Assembly (NCBI GenBank): GCA_965216515.1
Contig: OZ244173.1
Span: 2,547,588-2,611,587 of the forward strand
Origin: Afifellaceae bacterium
Lineage (GTDB): Bacteria; Pseudomonadota; Alphaproteobacteria; Rhizobiales; Afifellaceae
Reading direction: 5' to 3'
Length of the DNA: 64,000 bases
Position numbers and translations under genes: made by a program. The stretch's first letter is position 1; each line of letters opens with the position of its first letter. Below, piece after piece: positions 49,060 through 60,200 of the stretch. The notes under the pieces are model-generated. The model saw nothing but the letters and a program-made list of their open reading frames with translations, had not been told where the DNA came from and did not search any database.

Positions 49060-51426
49060 ATGGAGGTTGGCGGCATTCGGATCGATCTGCCCGACCTTCT
49101 CCTTCTTTCCGTGACGATCGGCTTTGCCATGGCCGCGGCGCTGGCGTTTCGCCAGACCATACGGATGAAGGCCGATGACAGCCTCGCCCGAGCCAGTGCG
49201 CGAGTCTCGGAACTGGAATTTGCGCTCGACCGGAGCAGCGCGATTCTGTCCGCCGACGACCAGAAAAGCATCGTGTGGGATTCCGCCGATTCCAGTCCAC
49301 AGGTTTTCGGCAGCCTGCCGGAAAACATTGGCGCACCATTTGAGCGCCGCGCCTTCCTCAATATCGGCCACTGGCTCCAGGAGGACTCCAGCCGCCGCCT
49401 GGAAGACCTCGTGATCCGGCTGCGCCGCGCCGGAGAAGGCTTCAGGATCCCGGTTCGCACCCGCACCAACGAAATGCTGGAAGTGACCGGGCGGACGGCA
49501 GGCAAGCGGGCGGTGGTCCGGTTCCGGGAGATTACGGGCGAACAGAAGTCTCTTGCCGAGTTGAAGGAGCAGGCGGCGTTTGTGATTTCCGAGATGGATG
49601 CGCTGCGCGCCCTTGCCGACCGGTTGCCGTTTCCCCTGTGGCGCCGGGACAGGACCGGCCGCCTCACATGGGCGAACAATGCCTATGCGGAGGCAGTGGG
49701 AACGTCCTCGCCCGACAGTGCAATCATGGCCGGCAGGGACCTTCTGGAGCCTCAAATCCGCGACGCCGTCGCCGATGAGCACCGGATCGGGAAGCCCTTC
49801 TCCAATATCGTCTCCATCAATGTGAACGAAACCCGGTATCGCATGCAGGTCATCGATCTGCCGGTCGACACAGGCTCGATCGGGATCGCCATCGACCGGA
49901 CGGAAGTGGAAACGATCCGCCGGGAGCTGAAGAGCGTGGCCGATTCAAATGCCCGTACGCTTGACCAGTTGACGGCGGCGGTTGCCGCGTTCGATGCCAC
50001 CGGCGGGCTTCTGTTCTCCAACGCCGCGTTTCGCGATCTGTGGTCGTTACCTCCGAGATTCTGCGAGCCCGGTGCCAGCGAAGGCGCCATACTCGATCAT
50101 CTGCGTGCCGAGCGGAAGCTGCCCGAACAGGCGAATTACCGCGAATGGCGCGACAATCATCTGGCCGCCTATGGTGATCCAGGACCGCGTGAGGAATGGT
50201 GGCACCTGCCTGACGGGCGGACCCTGCGCATGGTCGCAACGCCCAATTCCGAGAACGGTCTCACCTACATTTTCGAAAACGTCACCGAGCAATTGTCGCT
50301 GGAGAGCCGCGTCATCGCCCTGTCCCGTATCCAGGGCAAAACCCTCGATCATCTGAGCGAAGGCGTTGCCGTGTTCGGGTCCGATGGCCGCCTGCGCCTG
50401 TTCAATCCGGTATTTGCCGAAATCTGGCGGATGTCGCCGGACATGCTGCAAACCGAGCCCCACGTTTCGGAGATCATCAAGAACTGCTCTGCGATCCATG
50501 ACGACAAGGCGACGTGGGACAATATTCGCGGCGCCGTAACCGGTCTCCATGGCAGCGACCCGGTCGACGGCCGCATGGAAAGGCCGGACGGCAGCGTGAT
50601 CGACTACGCCACCGTTGCCCTGCCGGAAGGCATGGCCATGATCGCCTTTGTCGATGTCACCGATACGGTGCGCGTCCAGAAGGCACTGAGCGAACGAAAC
50701 GAGGCGCTGGTGGCCGCCGACCGGCTGAAGTCGGATTTTATCCAGCACGTATCCTACGAACTGCGGTCACCGCTGACATCGATCATCGGCTTTACCGAAA
50801 TGCTGTCCGACAAGGCGATCGGATCGCTGAACGACCAGCAGCGGGAATATATGGATCATATTGCCTCCTCCTCGTCCGCGCTTCTGGCCATCATCAACGA
50901 CATTCTCGATCTGGCGACTGTCGACGCCGGAATTATGGAGCTCGAAATCGGCGAGGTCGATATCGCCAAAACGGTTCGCTCCGCCGTCGAAGGTTTGCGG
51001 GATCGGCTGGAAGAGCAGTCCATCACGCTTGAACTCAATATCCCGGACGACATCGGCAGCTTCCGGGCCGATGAAAACCGCATCCGCCAGATGCTCTTCA
51101 ATCTTGCCGCCAACGCCATACGATTCTCCGACGCCGGTGGCAGAATCGAGATATCCGGCCGCAAGGACGGCGGCTGGGTCGAATTCAATGTTATCGACAA
51201 GGGTGTCGGCATTCCCCAGGAGATCCTGCCCAGCGTCTTTCAACCGTTCGAAAGCCACAGCCGGTCGGGTCATCGCAAGGGCGCCGGGCTGGGACTGTCC
51301 ATCGTGAAAAGTCTGGTGGAACTGCACAGCGGATATATCGACATCGAGTCGGAAACCGGCGCCGGCACGATCGTCACGATCCGGCTTCCCGAGGACCCCG
51401 CGCTGGCGGCCGTGGCGGCGGAATAA
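49060..51426 (+). CDS. divL: DivL-type PAS-domain sensor kinase homolog (tyrosine in place of the phospho-accepting histidine)
   Basis: An N-terminal TM helix and PAS domains are followed by a DHp H-box reading DFIQHVSYELRSPLTSIIGF (Tyr codon at 50755-50757, where canonical kinases have S-H-E-L-R). A full HATPase domain follows (NLAANAIRF, IDKGVGIP, GAGLGLSIV) and there is no receiver domain. The start is placed at ATG 49060. The upstream 124 codons of the track ORF have non-coding-like codon usage. Confidence 0.7.
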   Translation: MEVGGIRIDLPDLLLLSVTIGFAMAAALAFRQTIRMKADDSLARASARVSELEFALDRSSAILSADDQKSIVWDSADSSPQVFGSLPENIGAPFERRAFLNIGHWLQEDSSRRLEDLVIRLRRAGEGFRIPVRTRTNEMLEVTGRTAGKRAVVRFREITGEQKSLAELKEQAAFVISEMDALRALADRLPFPLWRRDRTGRLTWANNAYAEAVGTSSPDSAIMAGRDLLEPQIRDAVADEHRIGKPFSNIVSINVNETRYRMQVIDLPVDTGSIGIAIDRTEVETIRRELKSVADSNARTLDQLTAAVAAFDATGGLLFSNAAFRDLWSLPPRFCEPGASEGAILDHLRAERKLPEQANYREWRDNHLAAYGDPGPREEWWHLPDGRTLRMVATPNSENGLTYIFENVTEQLSLESRVIALSRIQGKTLDHLSEGVAVFGSDGRLRLFNPVFAEIWRMSPDMLQTEPHVSEIIKNCSAIHDDKATWDNIRGAVTGLHGSDPVDGRMERPDGSVIDYATVALPEGMAMIAFVDVTDTVRVQKALSERNEALVAADRLKSDFIQHVSYELRSPLTSIIGFTEMLSDKAIGSLNDQQREYMDHIASSSSALLAIINDILDLATVDAGIMELEIGEVDIAKTVRSAVEGLRDRLEEQSITLELNIPDDIGSFRADENRIRQMLFNLAANAIRFSDAGGRIEISGRKDGGWVEFNVIDKGVGIPQEILPSVFQPFESHSRSGHRKGAGLGLSIVKSLVELHSGYIDIESETGAGTIVTIRLPEDPALAAVAAE

Positions 51427-51478
51427 CCGAGCGCGCCATGGCCCCGTCCGCCGCGGACATGCCGGACCCCTATCAACA

Positions 51479-53041
51479 ATGACCGGAGCGCGACGCAACG
51501 GCGATCCGGTGGCAATCACCGTCGAAAGCGAGGCTGAGACCCGCCGCCTCGCCCAGGACATCGCCGCGCTTCTGCGTGCCGGTGATCTGGTGACGCTTTC
51601 AGGTGATCTGGGCGTCGGGAAATCCGCGCTGGCGCGCGGCATCATCCGCTACTGGGCCGGTGATCCGGATTTCGAAGTGCCAAGCCCGACATTCGCCGTC
51701 CGCATCGACTACGACCTGCCCGGTCTTCAGATCGCCCACGCCGATCTCTACCGGCTTCTGGATGTCGACGACATCGCCGAAATCGGTCTGGACGATGCGC
51801 TGTCGGTCGGCGCGGTGCTGGTCGAGTGGCCGGAACGGCTTGTACCGGCAGAGGGAACGGCGCGACTGGACATATCGATTGCCGAAACAGCCGGCGGAAC
51901 CGCCTCACCGGAAACCGACCAGTTGAACCGCCGGGTCGTAACACTGGCGCCGGGATTTGACTGGCGCCCGCGGCTTCAGCGCCTCGTGGCCATGCGTCGC
52001 TTCATGGCGAAGGCGGGATGGGAAGATGCCGAGCGCCGCCATGTGGCCGGCGATGTCTCCGGCCGGGCTTACCGGCGCCTTGTCCGCAACGCCGAGACAC
52101 GCATCGTTATGGATTCACCGCCGCGTGTCGAAAGCCCGCCGGATCAGGGCGGATTGTCATTTGAGGCGGCCACCCGGCGGGCCATGGACATCAGGCCCTT
52201 CATCGCGATTGACGAGGCCCTGCGCACAAGCGGCTTCCGGGCGCCGGAAATCCACACAGCCGATGTCGAAAACGGCCTTCTGGTCCTGGAAGATCTGGGA
52301 TCCGACGCGATCGTGGATGCCGCCGGCAATCCGATTCCGGAACGGTATGAGGCGGCGATCGATGTGCTTGCGGCTCTGCATACCCGGACTTGGCCGCGCA
52401 GTTTGACCCTCGTGGACGGCAGCTCGTATTCCCTTCCACCCTATGACCTGCGCGCATTTCTGGCCGAGATTGCCCTGTTCGCCGACTGGCACGCCGGACG
52501 CTTTGGCCGCCCGGAAATGGCGGACCGGACCCGCGCGGGGTTCTTGGGCGCCTGGTCTGAGCTCCTGGCACCCTACGCCGATATGCGCGAAAGTTGGGTG
52601 CTTCTGGACTACCACTCGCCCAATCTCCTTTGGCTTCCACCGCGATCCGGGCGGAAAGCGGGGTCGCATTCGGGCGTGCAGCGGATTGGCATCCTGGATT
52701 TTCAGGATACGCTTCTGGGGTGCTGCGCCTATGACGTCGCTTCGCTCGCCCAGGACGCGCGCGCACCGGTCTCCGTCGAGCTGCAGGCGGCCTTGCGGGC
52801 GCGTTATGTCACGAACCGGAAATCTCAGGACTCTTTGTTTGACTCTGATGCATTCCATCGTGCATTCACGGTCCTTGGCACACAAAGATTGACCAAGGTG
52901 ATCGGCGCATTCTCACGCCTGCAATGCCATGGAAATCAAGGCTATGAGAGATATATCCCTATCGCGCAGGCAGCTCTGATGCAAAACCTGGAGCAGCCCG
53001 TCATGGCGCCAATTCGCGGATACTATAATGCGTATTTTTGA
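51479..53041 (+). CDS. tsaE: Fusion protein: tRNA t6A biosynthesis ATPase TsaE (N-terminal ~150 aa) + aminoglycoside-phosphotransferase-fold kinase (AmgK-like, C-terminal ~370 aa)
   Basis: The N-terminal TsaE P-loop reads SGDLGVGKSALARGI. The APH-fold region has GDVSGRAYRRL and HxD-like motifs (LLDYHSPNLLW, ILDFQD). It is a continuous ORF with no internal stop or frameshift. Confidence 0.7.
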   Translation: MTGARRNGDPVAITVESEAETRRLAQDIAALLRAGDLVTLSGDLGVGKSALARGIIRYWAGDPDFEVPSPTFAVRIDYDLPGLQIAHADLYRLLDVDDIAEIGLDDALSVGAVLVEWPERLVPAEGTARLDISIAETAGGTASPETDQLNRRVVTLAPGFDWRPRLQRLVAMRRFMAKAGWEDAERRHVAGDVSGRAYRRLVRNAETRIVMDSPPRVESPPDQGGLSFEAATRRAMDIRPFIAIDEALRTSGFRAPEIHTADVENGLLVLEDLGSDAIVDAAGNPIPERYEAAIDVLAALHTRTWPRSLTLVDGSSYSLPPYDLRAFLAEIALFADWHAGRFGRPEMADRTRAGFLGAWSELLAPYADMRESWVLLDYHSPNLLWLPPRSGRKAGSHSGVQRIGILDFQDTLLGCCAYDVASLAQDARAPVSVELQAALRARYVTNRKSQDSLFDSDAFHRAFTVLGTQRLTKVIGAFSRLQCHGNQGYERYIPIAQAALMQNLEQPVMAPIRGYYNAYF

Positions 53042-53157
53042 GCCGGTCGGTGGTGGCTGCCGAGCCTGTCCGGGGCCGGGACGGATATAATCTGATGCGG
53101 TCTTCCCAACCAGCCGGAACGCTTCGCTCCACCGGGTGCGCCTGGCCCGAAGCGGCA

Positions 53158-53868
53158 ATGGTGCTTGCCGCCGGGCTCGGCAGGCGCATGCGCCCGTTGT
53201 CAACCACGGTCCCCAAGCCGCTGGTCACGGTCGCCGGCAAGGCATTGCTCGATCATTGTCTTGACGATCTGGTATCTGTCGGCATCGACCGTATCGTCGT
53301 CAATGTCCATTATCTCGCCGACAGCATCGAGTCCCATGTGGCCGATTGGGCCGCCGGCGGCCGGAGCCGGCCGGCGGTCATCATCTCCGATGAACGCGAG
53401 CAACTTCTCGATACCGGCGGCGGTATAGCCGCTGCCTTGCCGCATCTGGGTGAACGCCCGTTTTTTCTGCGAAACTCCGATTCCTTCTGGTTGAACGGGG
53501 TCCGATCGAATCTCGACTGGTTGTGCCGCATGTGGGATCCGGCGAAGATGGATGCACTCCTGCTGCTTGCGCCGTCGGTTCGTTCGATCGGTTATCGGGG
53601 CCGAGGGGACTTCATGCTGTCGAAAGCCGGATGCCTTTCCCGGCGCCCGGAACGTGTCGTTGCGCCCTTTGTCTATGCCGGCGCGGCAATTCTCGACCCG
53701 GTATTGTTCGCCGATTGCCCCGACGGCCCGTTCTCGCTCAATATGCTCTTTGACCGGGCGATCGGCGCCGGGCGGCTCTACGGCGTGCCCATGGAGGGTC
53801 TGTGGATAAATGTGGAAAACCCGGATGCGGTGAGGCAGGCCGAATCGTTGCTGGCTGGTTTGATTTGA
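53158..53868 (+). CDS. murU: Nucleotidyltransferase family protein (MurU-like N-acetylmuramate-1-phosphate uridylyltransferase)
   Basis: Start at the internal ATG 53158 (MVLAAGLGRRMRPLSTTVPKPLV, nucleotidyltransferase G-rich loop). It follows the kinase gene as in amgK-murU pairs. Confidence 0.7.
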   Translation: MVLAAGLGRRMRPLSTTVPKPLVTVAGKALLDHCLDDLVSVGIDRIVVNVHYLADSIESHVADWAAGGRSRPAVIISDEREQLLDTGGGIAAALPHLGERPFFLRNSDSFWLNGVRSNLDWLCRMWDPAKMDALLLLAPSVRSIGYRGRGDFMLSKAGCLSRRPERVVAPFVYAGAAILDPVLFADCPDGPFSLNMLFDRAIGAGRLYGVPMEGLWINVENPDAVRQAESLLAGLI

Positions 53869-53962
53869 TCGTGGAGGGAGGCCCGGCCGGCGCCGAAAGC
53901 GCGATTGCCTGCGTCGACTGGCGGTCACTTCGCCGAATGCGGTTATTAATCGGGCATGCGCG

Positions 53963-56900
53963 ATGACGTCTCGGCACGGCGCCGGGCCGTCTGTATTCAC
54001 AATCCCGCCGGGTGTGCCCTTTCTCGACACGCTCGTTGAAGCTCTCGCCGGCGGACGGCTCGTCCACGGCTTCCCCGATCCCGGCGATCCGCTGGCCTGG
54101 GCCGACCTGACGCTTTACCTGCCGACACGTCGCGCGGCGCGCGCCGCGCGCCAGGCCATTGTCGATCGCGCGGGCGGCGCGGCCCTGCTGCCGCGGATTC
54201 GCCCCCTCGGCGATCTTGACGAACAGGATCTTCCCGGCGAAATCGATGAAACCGGATCTGCGCTGCCGCCCGCCATATCGGCGCTCAGGCGCCGGTTTCT
54301 TCTGACCCGTCTCGTGCTGAAATGGTCCCGGGTTGCGGCCGCTTCCGGCATCGGGGGAGACGCATTCCGGCAGGATGGGGCGATTCCCGCCTCCCCCGCC
54401 GATGCCGTTCATCTTGCAACCGAACTGGCAAATCTCCTGGATCAGATGTCAGCGGAAGGCGGCGCCTGGGACGACCTCGATGGGGCGATTTCCGGAGATC
54501 TTGCCAGCCATTGGCAGCTCACCGGCGATTTCCTGAAAATCATCCGGGAGACCTGGCCGGCGATCAAGAATGAGCTCGCCGTAATGGATCCCGGCGAACG
54601 TCGTGACGCACTGCTTCGCCACCAGGCGGCGCGGCTGGCGCGCCAGGGTTCACCGGCGCCGGTGATTGCCGCCGGATCCACCGGCACCAGCCCCGCAACG
54701 CTCGAACTTCTCGTTGCCATCGCGCATCTGGAAAACGGCGCGCTGGTGCTTCCGGGGCTGGATCAGAATTTGCACGCCGATGCCTGGAAGCAAGTTGGCA
54801 ATACGGCTGTTCCCGCCTTGCCGGCCGAGGGCGAGCGGCCAACGACGGGCCAGCATCGCCCGACAAACAGCGCCGGTATCGGCGATGCCGCCGCCGGTCA
54901 TCCGCAATACGGCTTGAAGCGCCTGTTGAATGCTTTGCGGATCGAGCGCGAAGCGGTTGTCCCGCTCGCCGATCCGCCACCGCCGCTGGAGGCCCGCACC
55001 CGCATTCTCTCTGAGGCCCTCCGGCCGCCGGCGGCAACCGCAGCCCTGCCGGCGCGGCCGGATCCGGGCCCGGGGCATGCATCTTCGCCAGGTTCGGGCC
55101 TCGAACGCGTCGGGTTGATCGAGGCCGCAAACGAGAGAGAGGAAGCGTGTGCCACAGCGCTGGTCCTGCGTCAGGCGATCGAGGAACCCGGCCGGGTTGC
55201 GGCGCTGATTACACCCGATCGGGCACTTGCGCAGCGTGTAACCGTGGAACTGCATCGGTGGGGCATCGACGTCGACGATTCAGCCGGCCGGCCCCTGCTT
55301 CAAACGCCTGCCGCCATCCGTGCCGACCTTGTCGCACGGATCGGCTTTCTGCACCGCGATCCCCACGCCATTCTTGGATTGTGCAAGGCTGGGATCGTCG
55401 TGCCGGGCGTCGATCCCGAATTGGCCGGGCAGGCGGCGGCGGCCCTGGAACGCATCATCTTCCGTGGCCGGTCGCTGCCGTCGACCCGAACTGCGATGAC
55501 AGATCGGCTGGCGGACAGGAAGCGCAGTTTCGGCCCCGTTTCGCCATCCGACAATGCAGGCGGGGATCGGCCGACCTCCCGACCGCCGCAGGCCCTTGCC
55601 GGCCTGACAGATCGCGACTGGCGGCTGGCGGAGGCGCTCGTGGCCGGGCTCGATGCGGCCTTGGCGCCGATGGAGGATGTAGCCGGCGACGGCGCGCCGA
55701 CCGTCCCCTTCAAACACCTCCTCGCCAGCCACCGGCAGGCGCTTTCCCGGCTCGACCTGCCGCCGACGGCCGCCGGTGCCGGGGGAAACGGTATTGCTGA
55801 TGCCGACCACCGACGCGCCTTCGACGAAGCCCTGGCGCTGATCCTCGCCGACGCCGATGCCGCTCCCGATATCGCGCCGTCCCGCTACCCGGAGATGTTC
55901 CGCGCCCTCCTGTCCGGCGAAGTGGTGCGCGCCACCGGCATACGCGACAACCGCATCCACGTCTGGGGAACGCTGGAAGCGCGTTTGCAACATGCCGATG
56001 TGGCGGTGCTGGCCGGCCTGAATGAAAACGTCTGGCCGGCCCAGATTCGCCTTGATCCGTTTCTGTCGCGCGGCATGCGCGCCGCATTGGGGCTCCAGCC
56101 CCCGGAGCGCCGGATCGGCCTTTCCGCCCACGACTTCACACAAGCCCTGGGGCACCCGGACGTCTGGCTCTCCCGCTCAGCCCGCCGGGGCAATGCGCCC
56201 CAGGTGCCGTCACGATGGCTTCAGCGTCTGGTCGCGGCAATTGGCAGGGACGGCCATGCTGCGATATCCGCCCGCGGCGACGAAATCCTGGCCTTGTCCC
56301 GGTCAATCGATCGGCCCAGGAGGGCGACCAGATCCGCCGGGCGGCCTGCGCCCCGCCCGCGTGTCGGTCTCCGGCCCCGGCGTCTTTCGGTCACCGAGAT
56401 CGAGACCCTGATCCGCGATCCGTATGCGATCTACGCCCGCCATGTCCTCAAGCTGCGCCCCCTGGAGCCTTTGGCCGTCGGACCGGACATGCGGGATCGC
56501 GGGACGCTGCTCCACGACATCCTGAACGATTTCATCGCCGCCCGCCCCGCCGGACCGTTCGACGAGGCTGCTCTTGACGCGCTCATGGCGTTCGGCCGCG
56601 CCCGGTTTGCCGGGTTTTCCGATGAACCCTTGGTGCAGACGCTCTGGTGGCCACGGTTTGCCGGGATGGCGCGCTGGTTTGTCGACAAAGAACGGAACCG
56701 CGACGACGTTGCCGGGCGGCATCCCGAATGCGCCGGCTCGCTTGAACTGCCATCCGGATTTCGCCTCACCGTCCGCGCCGACCGCATCGACCGCCTGAAT
56801 ACGGGCGGCATCGCCATCGTCGACTACAAGACCGGCGCGCCGCCCAGCAATCAGCAGGTCGTCGCGCTGCTTTCGCCGCAATTGCCGCTGGAGGCGGTGA

Positions 56901-57223
56901 TTGTCGCCGCCGGCGGAATTGCCGGGATCGATGCGTTGCCGGTGGAGCGGCTGGAATACTACCGGCTCGCCGGCCGCCCCGCCGATTGCCGGATTTTTTC
57001 GGTCGGCGCGGCGAAGGCCGACGCGAAGAGTGGAAAGCCGGCCGTCAGCACAGCCAACACAATCGCCCGGTCAGAAGACATGCTGGCCGGGTTGGTGGCG
57101 GCCTACGAAAATCCGGAACAGGCTTACATCTCCCGGCGCATTCCGGAGACCGGGCGCGGCTTCACCGGCGACTACGACCATCTGGCGCGCATCGCCGAAT
57201 GGTCGGTGGACGGTGCCGAATGA
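53963..57223 (+). CDS. addB: Double-strand break repair protein AddB (alpha-proteobacterial type)
   Basis: 1086 aa with a C-terminal PD-(D/E)xK-like nuclease motif (IVDYKTGAPPS). Its stop overlaps the addA start (ATGA). Confidence 0.85.
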   Translation: MTSRHGAGPSVFTIPPGVPFLDTLVEALAGGRLVHGFPDPGDPLAWADLTLYLPTRRAARAARQAIVDRAGGAALLPRIRPLGDLDEQDLPGEIDETGSALPPAISALRRRFLLTRLVLKWSRVAAASGIGGDAFRQDGAIPASPADAVHLATELANLLDQMSAEGGAWDDLDGAISGDLASHWQLTGDFLKIIRETWPAIKNELAVMDPGERRDALLRHQAARLARQGSPAPVIAAGSTGTSPATLELLVAIAHLENGALVLPGLDQNLHADAWKQVGNTAVPALPAEGERPTTGQHRPTNSAGIGDAAAGHPQYGLKRLLNALRIEREAVVPLADPPPPLEARTRILSEALRPPAATAALPARPDPGPGHASSPGSGLERVGLIEAANEREEACATALVLRQAIEEPGRVAALITPDRALAQRVTVELHRWGIDVDDSAGRPLLQTPAAIRADLVARIGFLHRDPHAILGLCKAGIVVPGVDPELAGQAAAALERIIFRGRSLPSTRTAMTDRLADRKRSFGPVSPSDNAGGDRPTSRPPQALAGLTDRDWRLAEALVAGLDAALAPMEDVAGDGAPTVPFKHLLASHRQALSRLDLPPTAAGAGGNGIADADHRRAFDEALALILADADAAPDIAPSRYPEMFRALLSGEVVRATGIRDNRIHVWGTLEARLQHADVAVLAGLNENVWPAQIRLDPFLSRGMRAALGLQPPERRIGLSAHDFTQALGHPDVWLSRSARRGNAPQVPSRWLQRLVAAIGRDGHAAISARGDEILALSRSIDRPRRATRSAGRPAPRPRVGLRPRRLSVTEIETLIRDPYAIYARHVLKLRPLEPLAVGPDMRDRGTLLHDILNDFIAARPAGPFDEAALDALMAFGRARFAGFSDEPLVQTLWWPRFAGMARWFVDKERNRDDVAGRHPECAGSLELPSGFRLTVRADRIDRLNTGGIAIVDYKTGAPPSNQQVVALLSPQLPLEAVIVAAGGIAGIDALPVERLEYYRLAGRPADCRIFSVGAAKADAKSGKPAVSTANTIARSEDMLAGLVAAYENPEQAYISRRIPETGRGFTGDYDHLARIAEWSVDGAE

Positions 57224-60200
57224 CCAGCCCCCCCGGAGCCGATCCGGCCCGCGCGGCCGATACCTTCGAACGGCAGTGGCAAGCCTCCGATCCAGACGCA
57301 TCGGCCTGGGTCGTCGCCAATGCCGGCTCCGGCAAGACCCATGTTCTGACCCAGAGGGTCTTGCGCCTTCTTCTCGCCGGCGCCGACCCGGCATCCATCT
57401 TGTGCCTGACTTACACCAAGGCCGCGGCATCGGAGATGGCGAACCGCATTTTCAAGGAACTGGCCATCTGGGCCTGGTCGGAAGATCCGGCACTCGACCG
57501 TCATATCGAGGCGTTGCAGGGCGCGTTGCCGCGGCCCGGCCAGCGCGCCGCGGCGCGTGCGCTGTTTGCCAAGGCGCTGGACACGCCCGGCGGCCTGCGG
57601 GTTCAGACCATTCACGCCTTCTGCGAGCGCCTGCTCCACCAGTTTCCGATCGAGGCCAACGTTCCCGGCCGCTTCGAGGTTCTCGAAGGACCGGCACAGG
57701 AGGCCTTGATGACGGCGGCCCGCGAAAAGGTCATGCGCCGGGCCGCCAACGAGGCCGGCGTGGCCGAGGCGTTGCAGACCATGGCCGAGTTGGCGGCCGA
57801 TAGCGATATATTCGGCGCGTTGCAGGCCATGCTTGCCAAGCGCGAAGCGCTGGCGGACTGGAAACGCCGCGTCGGCAATGCCGACGGTCCCGGTTCGCTT
57901 GCCGGCCTGATCGACGATCTTGATGCCGCATTCCAGTTGCAGCCGGGCGACAACGAGGAAACAGTCGCCGAGCGGTTTCTTGGCGATCAGCCCCTGACGC
58001 TGATCGGCGCACACGGTGCGGAACTGCTGCGACAATTGGAGGCGCATCCCGGTGCCACGAACGACACAATGGCAGATTGGGTTCGGCAGTATCTCGGCGC
58101 ACGAAGCGCCGCGGAAAAGGCCGCCGCCGCATTGTCGTTTTATTTGAAGGCTGATGGCAGCCCGAAATCGCCGGGCCGCGCGCTCACCAAGGCGGTGCAG
58201 GGATCCTATCAAAACTATTACGACCAGTTTGACTCCGATGCACAGCTGTGCCTGACGCTCCGCAACGACTTGCTCGCCGTTCGCACCGTGGCGGCGACAA
58301 CCGCCCTGCTGACCGTGGCCGATCGTGTTCTGGCGGAATATGCCAAGGCCAAGAAAGCGTCCGGTGCGCTGGATTTCGACGACCTGGTCTTCCGGACCCG
58401 CAATCTCCTTTCCCGGTCCGCCATGCGGGACTGGGTGCTCTACAAGCTGGATTCGGGGATCGCCCATATTCTGGTTGACGAGGCGCAGGATACGAATCCG
58501 GCGCAATGGGAAATTGTCCAGGCTCTGGCGGAGGACTTCTTTTCCGGCGATACGGCGCGCACCGGCGTCCGGTCGTTGTTTGCCGTCGGCGATGACAAAC
58601 AGTCGATCTATTCCTTCCAGGGCGCCGTTCCGGCCAAGCTCGCCGAAATGCGCGACAGGTTCCGGTCGGATATCGAGGGCGCGGGATTGCGGTTTGCGGA
58701 AAAGCCGCTGTTTCTGTCGTTCCGCTCCGCGCAGGCGGTCCTGGCGGCCGTCGACCGCGTTTTCAGCGGCGATCTGGAACAGCGGATCACCCGGTTGGGT
58801 TACGAAGCCCATGCGGCCTATCATACGGACAGGCCTGGCGATGTCGTGATCTGGGATCGGGTCGTGCGCCGGAAGGGCGATCCGCCGGAGAACTGGACCG
58901 ACCCGTACGATGCGCCGTCAATCGCCGATATTGCCCTGGCGGACCGGATTGTCGACGAGATTGCAAATCTGTTGGAGCGGCGCGAGGACTTTCCGGCACC
59001 GATGCCCGCCGAACCGGGCGAAATCCTTGTCCTTACCCGGAAGCGCGATGCCTTTTTCCGGGCCGTCAACAGTGCGCTCAAGGCGCGCCGGATCCCCGCG
59101 GTCGGCGCCGACCGGATCGAGGTGGCCAAACATATCATCGTCCAGGATTTGCTCGCGCTTTCCGATGTCATCGGCCTCCCTGAAGACGACCTCCAGCTGG
59201 CGGCCTGCCTGAAGAGCCCGTTATTCGGACTGACCGACGAAGACATCCTGGAATTTGCGCCGCAACGTGGACGAATGAGCCTCTTGTCCGCGCTGCAGGC
59301 CCGGGACAGCGAAAAGGCGCGTCGGGCAAGCACGAAACTAAGCCGGTGGCGGCAACAGGCTCAGCTGCTGACCCCGTTTGCATTTTTTGCCCGTCTGCTG
59401 GCTGTCGATGGCGGCTATCGCGACTTCCATAGCCGCTTCGGCGCCGAGGCCGACGACGTCCTCGACATGTTCCTGACCGAGGCCCGGGTATACGAGGAAC
59501 GCAACCCGCCGACCTTGCAGGGATTTGCAGCCTACCTGCGCGCCGGCGCCGGCGACATAAAACGCGACCACGAAGGGCCGGCGGGCGGCGTCCGGGTGAT
59601 GACCGTTCATGGCGCCAAGGGCCTGGAAGCCGATTTTGTGTTTCTGGTCGATACCGGCGGCGCCGTTTCGAGCGCATGTCATCGCGAGCCGGTCCTGGCA
59701 CTCGCCGAGCACTCCGCCGATTTCGGCTGGTTCGGCGCGCCGCCTCTGGTCTGGCGTCGGAAGGCCGCCGAGGCGACGGGCCGGCAAGGCGAGGCTGACC
59801 GGATCGCCGATGCCGCCGCAGAGGCCGAATATGCACGGCTGCTTTACGTTGCCATGACCCGCGCCCGCCGCCGCCTGTATGTTTGCGGCATCAGGGGCCC
59901 GATGACGCCGGCGGACTGCTGGTACGGCCTCGTGGAACGGAAACTGGTTCCCTCCGAGGCCGCCCGCGACGACGACGGCGAGCTGGCGGAACCGTTTTGG
60001 TGGCCGCCGCGCACCCCTGGCCAGAACGACCCGGTGCGGAAGCCTGCCGCACGGAGCGGGATCCCCGATCCCGCGGTGGCGGGACGCACATTGCCCGAAT
60101 GGATGGTCAAACCGGTCCCCTCACCCGGCCTCCTGCCGATACCCCTGCGCCCGTCGCGGGCGCTCGCCGAACCGGATCCGGTACAGCCTGACGGCGACCG

